Source: Fonticula alba ATCC 38817 (Eukaryota > Protista > Nucleariida). From it: DNA of 12,049 nucleotides. Positions 5,960 through 12,049 of this stretch are shown one piece after another. Within the stretch, counting starts at the first letter, position 1; each line of letters opens with the position of its first letter. The position numbers were made by a program, and so were the translations under genes. The notes beneath the pieces are model-generated. The model ran no database searches and was not told the DNA's origin. It saw nothing but the letters and a program-made list of their open reading frames with translations. The stretch lies in the NCBI GenBank assembly GCA_000388065.2, contig KB932204.1; one strand, given 5' to 3'.

Positions 5960-8471
5960 TTGCTGGGAGTAAAAAAGCGACAAGACAGGCTCATTGTAGG
6001 GATTGGCCTGGGCGCCTGCGGAGGAGGAAGCACCAGGCAATGGCCCGACCCCGGCGGCATGGGCAAGATGGGCCCCGGGCGGCCGAGAGGCAAGGCTGCC
6101 GAGAGGCCCGGGCCCCGGGCCGCCGGCCCGGATGCCGCCATACTGCGCGGCCATCGGCAGGAAACCGACATTCGGGTCCATGACAGCGCCGGGGCTGTGA
6201 GTGGCAGCCGCCGCCGCAGCCGCTGCAAGTGCCGGATTCGAGAGTATGGCCTTGGCACCGGGGCTGTGGATGTCATCGGCGCTGTCTCCGGTGATGGCAC
6301 CGGCGGCCTCGGCCGCGGCCGCGGCTGCCGCAATGGCCGCCACAGCCACCGAGGCGGCGGCCGAATTTGGTGGCAAAGCCGCGGCCGTGGCCATATCGTC
6401 GGACATGTCCCCCATGCTGGAACCACCGCCAAGGCCGGCCGTCAGATCCGCGGGAAAGCCTTTGGCCGCGGCGACACGCTCGCGGAATTGGCGCTCTTGG
6501 CGCTGGAGCTGGTGCTCTTTCTGAATGTGGGCCAGCTGCTGCTGCAGCAGGAGCTGATGGTGCTGGTACTGCTGGTCCTGTTGCGTTTGCAGATCAACCT
6601 TGGTGGAGTCCGGATCCAGGGACAAGGGTTGACCATCGGGCCCGGTGGGGTTGTTGATGGCGGCGACAGCCACGGCGGCGGCCGCCGCGGCGGCACTGTT
6701 CACCAACATCAGCCCGGTCAGGGCTCGCTGTGGCAGATGCGACCGCTGGTGCTCCTTCAGCGTGTCCGAGCGGCCGAACTGCTTGTTGCAGCCGGGCTCC
6801 GAGCAGACGTACGGCCGCTCGCCGGTGTGCGTGCGTAGATGCCTTGTCAGGTGCCCGGTTCGCGAGAAGCTCTTCTTGCAATCGCCATATGGGCACACAT
6901 GCCTTTGTTGCACATTGAAAGGGGGAGAGTTAGAGGAAAGGACCGGAGGGACCCCGTCGACCGATCGAGAGAGCGAAAGGAACGACCCGTGACAGGGTAG
7001 AGAGGCATCCACCACAGGGCAGCGACACGGAGGGGATGCCGGGCGGCGGNNNNNNNNNNNNNNNNNNNNNNNNNNNNNNNNNNNNNNNNNNNNNNNNNNN
7101 NNNNNNNNNNNNNNNNNNNNGGGGGTGCGTGGGGGTGGGGTTCCCGGGGGGGGCGGGACGTACTTGCGGGTGGGCGTGCTCGAAGACCGCGGCCCGGAAG
7201 AAGAGGGCGGTGTACTGACGGAGTCCTCATCCTCCTGGACGGTGCCGGCGCTCGGGAGGCCCATGTGATGATGGTGGTGGTTACCAAATGCATGGCCCGC
7301 CGCGAGGTGCCCCCCATGATGGAGTTGCTGCTGCTGCTGGTCATGGACACTGGGGTGGTGGAGATGCGGCTGGTGGAGCTGCTGGTGGAGCTGCGGATGG
7401 AGGGTGGACGTGAGGCTGGCGTCGCTGCCTTCCGGTCGAGTCGGAACCAGGGCAGGACGCTTCTTCGGCCGGTCAAGCCCGGCGGCGGACGGGTCATCCG
7501 ATTGGAAGGCATCCGAGGCGGAGCCCGACCGGTCGGCCTCGGTGGCGGAGTTGGCCCCACCAGCCGAGGAGACAGATCGCCGGCGCTTGGAGGCAGCCGC
7601 CCCGCTGCGTGACCCGCCACCCGTGTGCATTGACAATTGCATTTGCAATGCCTGCATTTGCTGCTGCGCATCGCCGGAAAGCTTGGAAGCAGCGGCGGCC
7701 ACGGCCGCCGAGCTGGCGCCACCCTTGCCGGCGCCATTGGCAGCGGCCCCGCGCAGGGGCTGGTGCTGTTGCACGAGGGCCGCCGCCGCCGCCGCCGCAT
7801 TCACCAGACCGCCGACCAGGTCCGATCTCGAATCCAGGTGAATGCGCACGTGCCGAGTCAATTCGTCACACCGGCTGAAGCGCTTGTGGCAATTGGGGAA
7901 GGTGCATGCGTGTGGCCGCTCGCCGGTGTGCGTGCGAATGTGCCGCGTCAGGTGCTCATGGCGGATGAAGGTCTTCTCGCAACCGGCATGGGTGCAACGG
8001 AATTGCCGGTTGGTGGGGGGGGCCTTACGCCGGGTGGCATCGGCCGACTCGCCGGCCGAGCCGGCCTGCTTGGACGCCTCACTTGCTCCGGTAGCAGTAG
8101 CTGCTGCTGCTGCTGCTGCTGTGCCCGCGGCCGAGTTGAGCGACGCCGAGGAAGAGGCACTGGTCGGCGCGAGGGTTGTCGATGCTGAGGATGACAAGGA
8201 TGCTGTCGAGGAGGAGGAGAGGCCCGGGGCACTGGCGAGGCCATTCCCGCTGGCAGCCGCCTTACGAGGGGCCACAGGAGCCGCCACCTTGCGATGAGTC
8301 AGCGCCGCGGGTGACATCCCCGGCGCACCGCCACCGGCGCCGCCTCCGGAAGAAGGGCTGGGAGAAATGTTAACTGTGACACTGGAGGAGGAGGCCGAGA
8401 GACCGGCGGCGGCCGCCGCCGCGGCCGCTGCAGCCGCTGCCGCCCCGATGGAGTGCTGCTGCTGCTGTTGT

Positions 8472-8525
<54 letters not shown>

Positions 8526-8696
8526 TGTCCCGAGGGACTCATGCCGGCGGCGCTGCTGGTCAGGTGCCCCAGCGGTGACTGGGACATGATACCGCCGCCC
8601 AGCGGAGATCCCTGCATGTGAGCCCCGGGTTGCTGGTGTTGGGAAAAGTAGCTGGGAGCGAAGATGGGTGTGGAGAAGACCGCTGTGGCGGGATGG

Positions 8697-8732
<36 letters not shown>

Positions 8733-9739
8733 GGTTGTTGTTGCTGTTGCTGTTGTTGCTGTTGAGGCGCCGGAGATTGTTGGCCAGGGGGCAGGGTGCC
8801 GGGCTGCGGCGTGGACCCGAGGCCGGCCTGCTGCGGGCTGGCCAAAGACCCAAGGGTGCCGGTGCCCGAGGAGTTGGCGGTGGCGGCGGCGGCGGCAGCG
8901 GCGGCGGCGGCGGCGGCCTGCGTTGACGCGTGATATTGGAGCAGGTGGCTGTTAAAGACAGATGAGTCTCCGCCGATCAGATGCGAGGTGAGATGGGCCT
9001 GGGCAGCTGCGTTTGCGGCCGCGACGGCTGCATTATTCGGGCTCTGGTGCAGGGCCATCGGTATCCCCTCAAGACCGGGGACCATCCCGCGGAAAGTTGA
9101 CGTAAAGCCGAAGGGTGACTGCCCGCCGGCAAGGACCTGATGCAGGGGGTTGGCCTGGGAGTCGCCGCTGGCCGGCGATCCGACAACATGCGCATGGCCC
9201 ACAGCCTGAGTCGACGGGTGGGGATGGTGTGACAGACTGGCCCCGAGGGTGGACCCGAGGACTGAGTGGTGCCCGTGAAGACCGGTCCCGCCGCCGACGC
9301 CGCCGGGGCCCAGTTGCAAATGGCCGCCGCCGGTCTGTGCGGATGGGTGGTGGAGGACACCATGCGATGGTGGCGGCAAGCCGTGGTGGCCCAGGTGCTG
9401 GCCATTGTTGGAAAGCGAAGTGTCGAGCAGGGATCCGGTCGTGTGGTAGGCTGCCGGAGTTGACTGGCCGCCGGACATGAAGGGCGCAATCAGCTGCGGC
9501 TGGTGCTGGGAGGACAGGCCGGCTGGCAAAGCCCCTTGTGACAGGGCCGAGATGGCATGCGGTAGGGCCAGGCCGGAGGACAGGGCATCCTGCTGGCCGC
9601 CGGATGCCTGCTGCGGCCCAGCCAGGGCAGTCGGGCCACTGGCGCCGGGGAACTCATGCCCGGCATGCAAGTGCCCGGCAGCCGTGCCCTGATGGCCACT
9701 GCCATGGTGATGGAGGTGGTGCCCTCCGCCGGGGGACAT
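4098..9739 (-). CDS. Large low-complexity C2H2 zinc-finger transcription factor with two finger pairs (CreA/Mig1/EGR-KLF-like). Exons 9739-7164, 6902-5072, 4493-4098 (4803 nt, 1600 aa plus stop if Met at 9739)
   Basis: Long open frame with four C-x4-C..H-x3-H fingers, TGERP linkers, and polyQ, polyA and His tracts. Intron 7163-6903 has a GTACGT donor, CTAAC branch point and CAAAG acceptor (phase 2). Intron 5071-4494 has a GTGAGC donor, CTGAC branch point, pyrimidine tract and CCAG acceptor (phase 0). The start codon is uncertain because an acceptor lies just upstream at 9756. Confidence 0.88.
4665..4748 (+). repeat. (TG)n/(CG)n microsatellite in the last intron of the zinc-finger gene
   Basis: Direct reading. 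Confidence 0.9.
4763..4825 (+). repeat. 14-bp tandem minisatellite (GCATGCCCGCAACC) x4.5
   Basis: Four perfect units at 4763-4818 plus a 7-nt partial unit. Confidence 0.93.
4947..5058 (+). repeat. (CA)n and (TA)n microsatellite cluster at the 5' end of the last intron
   Basis: Direct reading, including GTATATATATATATATAC at 5041-5058. Confidence 0.8.
5882..5965 (-). repeat. Coding CAG/CAA repeat, Q28
   Basis: 84 nt of CTG/TTG triplets on the plus strand, in frame with the zinc-finger ORF. Confidence 0.92.
6737..6901 (-). other. C2H2 finger pair 2
   Basis: [55 protein letters not shown]. Confidence 0.93.
6903..7163 (-). other. Spliceosomal intron containing the first assembly gap
   Basis: CGCAA/GTACGT donor, CTCTAAC branch point, pyrimidine tract and CAAAG/G acceptor. 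Splicing restores TPTRK-HVC directly before finger 3. Confidence 0.85.
7050..7120. other. Assembly gap (71 N)
   Basis: Run of N flanked by G-rich sequence. Confidence 0.99.
7838..8002 (-). other. C2H2 finger pair 1 (CreA/Mig1-type recognition helices)
   Basis: [55 protein letters not shown]. Compare CreA/Mig1 RLEHQTRH..HTGEKPHAC.FPGC.KRFSRSDELTRH (from memory). Confidence 0.93.
8456..8527 (-). repeat. Coding CAG/CAA repeat, Q24
   Basis: 72 nt, in frame. Confidence 0.92.
8699..8764 (-). repeat. Coding CAG/CAA repeat, Q10-P-Q11
   Basis: In frame, direct reading. Confidence 0.92.
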
Positions 9740-9755
9740 GTCGAGGCGGAGGCGT

Positions 9756-9810
9756 CTGTGGAGCCGTCATGCACACACACACACACACACACACGCATAT
9801 GCACATGCAC
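9756..9810 (-). other. Candidate 3' splice site upstream of the zinc-finger Met (intron end with (TG)n tract)
   Basis: The minus strand reads CTTAAC..(TG)n..CTCCACAG/ACGCC. An in-frame TGA at 9769-9767 closes the frame just upstream. Confidence 0.55.
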
Positions 9811-10225
9811 ACGAGTTAAGAGGGCGTGAGTGAATGCACGGAGAAGGGGGAGAGAAGGAAGGGGAGGGGGGACAAGAGGAGGAGCCGATTGGCGCGCACA
9901 AAGAGACGAGAAGAGCGACTTGGCTCCGATGGAAGGGGGAAGGGGCGGAGAGGAGAAGAGGGTGGACGGAAGATCCGAGGGCCTGAGATGGGGTTCACCG
10001 AGAAGGAAGGGTATCAGCAGCCGAAGTGAAGCCGGGAAGGGCGGTCGAGCAATTAAGAAGCACACACCGGCGGCAGGGGGACCACCGGGGCAGAGGAAAG
10101 TGGAATAGATGGATGGGTGGGGCTCGGGTTCCCTCCGGGGTGGGAGCAACTCGGCTTGAGGGAGGGGGAGGGGGGCGAGGGATATGGAGAGAGAGATATA
10201 TATGTAGAGAGAGAGGGGGGGGGGG

Positions 10226-10606
10226 NNNNNNNNNNNNNNNNNNNNNNNNNNNNNNNNNNNNNNNNNNNNNNNNNNNNNNNNNNNNNNNNNNNNNNNNNNN
10301 NNNNNNNNNNNNNNNNNNNNNNNNNNNNNNNNNNNNNNNNNNNNNNNNNNNNNNNNNNNNNNNNNNNNNNNNNNNNNNNNNNNNNNNNNNNNNNNNNNNN
10401 NNNNNNNNNNNNNNNNNNNNNNNNNNNNNNNNNNNNNNNNNNNNNNNNNNNNNNNNNNNNNNNNNNNNNNNNNNNNNNNNNNNNNNNNNNNNNNNNNNNN
10501 NNNNNNNNNNNNNNNNNNNNNNNNNNNNNNNNNNNNNNNNNNNNNNNNNNNNNNNNNNNNNNNNNNNNNNNNNNNNNNNNNNNNNNNNNNNNNNNNNNNN
10601 NNNNNN
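10226..10606. other. Assembly gap (381 N)
   Basis: Run of N flanked by G and C runs. Confidence 0.99.
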
Positions 10607-10656
10607 CCCCGCCCCCACCCCCGCGAAGGCCGAGCTGCGCCCAGGATCGCACTCAT

Positions 10657-10685
10657 CACACACACACACACACACACACACACAC
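10657..10685 (+). repeat. (CA)n microsatellite
   Basis: Direct reading. Confidence 0.9.
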
Positions 10686-11201
10686 CGCCCCCGGCCTCCT
10701 CCACCCCTCGGGAACCCTCGCCGGAGGGGGGGAGGTTGCGCCAGCACGATCGCCCGGCGCGGCCACCCAGGTCCGATCGAGCCGAGGCGCCACCAGCACC
10801 GACCGGGACGGGTCCAAGCGGGCTTTCTGGACCGGGCCAGCCGCCCGGCTAGGAAGGAATGCACATGGGCCGGGGCGGGGGCGGGGGGGCGGCGGCGCAC
10901 CCGCCCACGCCCACGCCCACTCAGAGACCCCTGGGGACGGGTGCTGAGACCCATTTCCGGGGTGCGGAGAACGAATGAGCGCACCAGCACCCGGGTAACA
11001 GCTGTGCGCGCACGCCCACACAGACATGCCCTCCTGGGCTCCGGTGCGCGATCGGGCCAGGTAGGCGCGATCAGTGCCGGTTCACGGCAGGCCCCCCCCC
11101 CCCCCCCCGCACACTTCCCCAAGGGCGAGACGATCGGCGCGGGGGAGGGGCCCGGGGGACGCCCCCCACGCCCCCCGCACCCGCACCACCCCCCCGGCGC
11201 G

Positions 11202-11203
<2 letters not shown>

Positions 11204-11252
<49 letters not shown>

Positions 11253-11265
11253 CGAGAGAGAGAGA
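11204..11265 (+). repeat. (GA)n microsatellite, imperfect at the 3' end
   Basis: Direct reading. Confidence 0.9.
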
Positions 11266-11562
11266 AAGAAGGGGAGCGAGAGCGAGGAAGCACACGCCGA
11301 GGTGAAACGTGAACCAACCTCGGCGGCTTCCCGCGCGCCCATTCGCAGCAGGCCAGCCGGGCGCCGGGCGTCCTGGGCGATGAGAAAGCTCCCCGGCCCC
11401 TCCACGGCACCCCCCCCGCCCCGGCCCCCCGGGCGCGCCGGTCGTACCCGAAGTTGGCCAAGGCGTGCCCACATGCTCGGGGAGGGCCGGGCGGGAGGGG
11501 CAGCCAAGCAGGCGCGCCCGCGCCCAACCCCTACGTAAGCACACGCGCGTGCGTCTATGCGC

Positions 11563-11612
11563 GCACGCACGCACTCACACACGCACTCACGCACGCACGC
11601 ACGCACGCACAC
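11563..11612 (+). repeat. (GCAC)n tetranucleotide repeat
   Basis: Direct reading, imperfect. Confidence 0.8.
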
Positions 11613-12049
11613 AGGTACGCACGCATGCATCTTTGCACTCACACACCCCTGCAGTCAATCACATCCGGGCATATATTTATCTGCGGCTGTTCGCCGGGCC
11701 CGGGCATTCACGCGGGCCGCGTTTCCGGGGCTACGTGAGCCTGGCCGCGAAGGCACGCAGAGGTGGCAGCATGAGTGAGCGACCGAGGCGGGGGGGGGAT
11801 GGCCCCGGCTGGGAAAGCGCTCCCTCGAAGCGCCAGGCCGCTTCCGCCCCCTCACCCCCCCCGGCCTCCCGAGGCGGGGGGCTTTTCACGCCCCGGGTAG
11901 GCAGGCGCGGCGCCGGGTGGATGATGGCTTGCCGACAAACGGGCCTGAACAACAGACTGTTTTGATCGCCGGGCCGTGCCCCTAAGTGAGGACGCCCCCG
12001 GCTGGAAGGGCGAGATAGGAGCGCCGCGCCCCGCGCCCCCCCCCCCCCC

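Larger units (their letters stand above)
10607..12049 (-). promoter_or_regulatory. Probable upstream, 5'UTR or promoter region of the zinc-finger gene
   Basis: No credible coding frame. Contains GC-box-like runs and simple repeats, and lies 5' of the minus-strand CDS. Assignment is positional only. Confidence 0.35.

Noticed and set aside
5672-6838. 388-aa plus-strand ORF with poly-Leu, and similar poly-Cys or poly-Leu ORFs at 5760, 8367 and 8618
   Set aside because: These are antisense shadows of the CAG/CAA repeats and GC-rich codons of the real minus-strand gene.
5060-9739. 1559-aa single-exon ORF as given in the track
   Set aside because: It reads through an intron containing Ns (6903-7163) and ends inside a donor site. 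The three-exon model fits the splice signals and phases better.
9490-11527. Long ORFs of 404, 428 and 510 aa across the second gap
   Set aside because: They are open only because of the N run and microsatellites (ERERER, LSLSLS).
11454-11800. Start of a divergent plus-strand gene (donor-like GTAAGC at 11535, GTGAGC near 11735 and 11775)
   Set aside because: No coherent coding frame or matching acceptors, so it cannot be supported from this window.

Overview
GC-rich, intron-containing eukaryotic DNA with microsatellite-filled introns and two N gaps (7050-7120, 10226-10606). The style resembles an opisthokont protist or early fungal relative such as Fonticula, which is only an impression. Hand splicing gives two convergent genes. 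(1) Plus strand, 33-3418, 5'-truncated, 8 exons in window: an ArfGAP2/3 (Glo3)-family protein. Its zinc ligands, BoCCS-like region, one Glo3 motif and LQxRYG C-terminus are intact, but the catalytic arginine finger is replaced by Asp, making it a candidate pseudo-GAP. A Gly/Ser/Tyr/His-rich prion-like insert sits where the second Glo3 motif is expected. (2) Minus strand, 9739-4098, 3 coding exons, about 1600 aa: a polyQ/polyA-rich C2H2 transcription factor with two separated zinc-finger pairs, one CreA/Mig1-like and one apparently duplicated and diverged. The 1559-aa ORF in the track is mis-modelled: it reads through an intron at 6903-7163 and misses a terminal exon at 4098-4493. The remaining ORFs in the track look like antisense, microsatellite or gap artefacts. 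I saw no RNA genes, CRISPR arrays or mobile elements.
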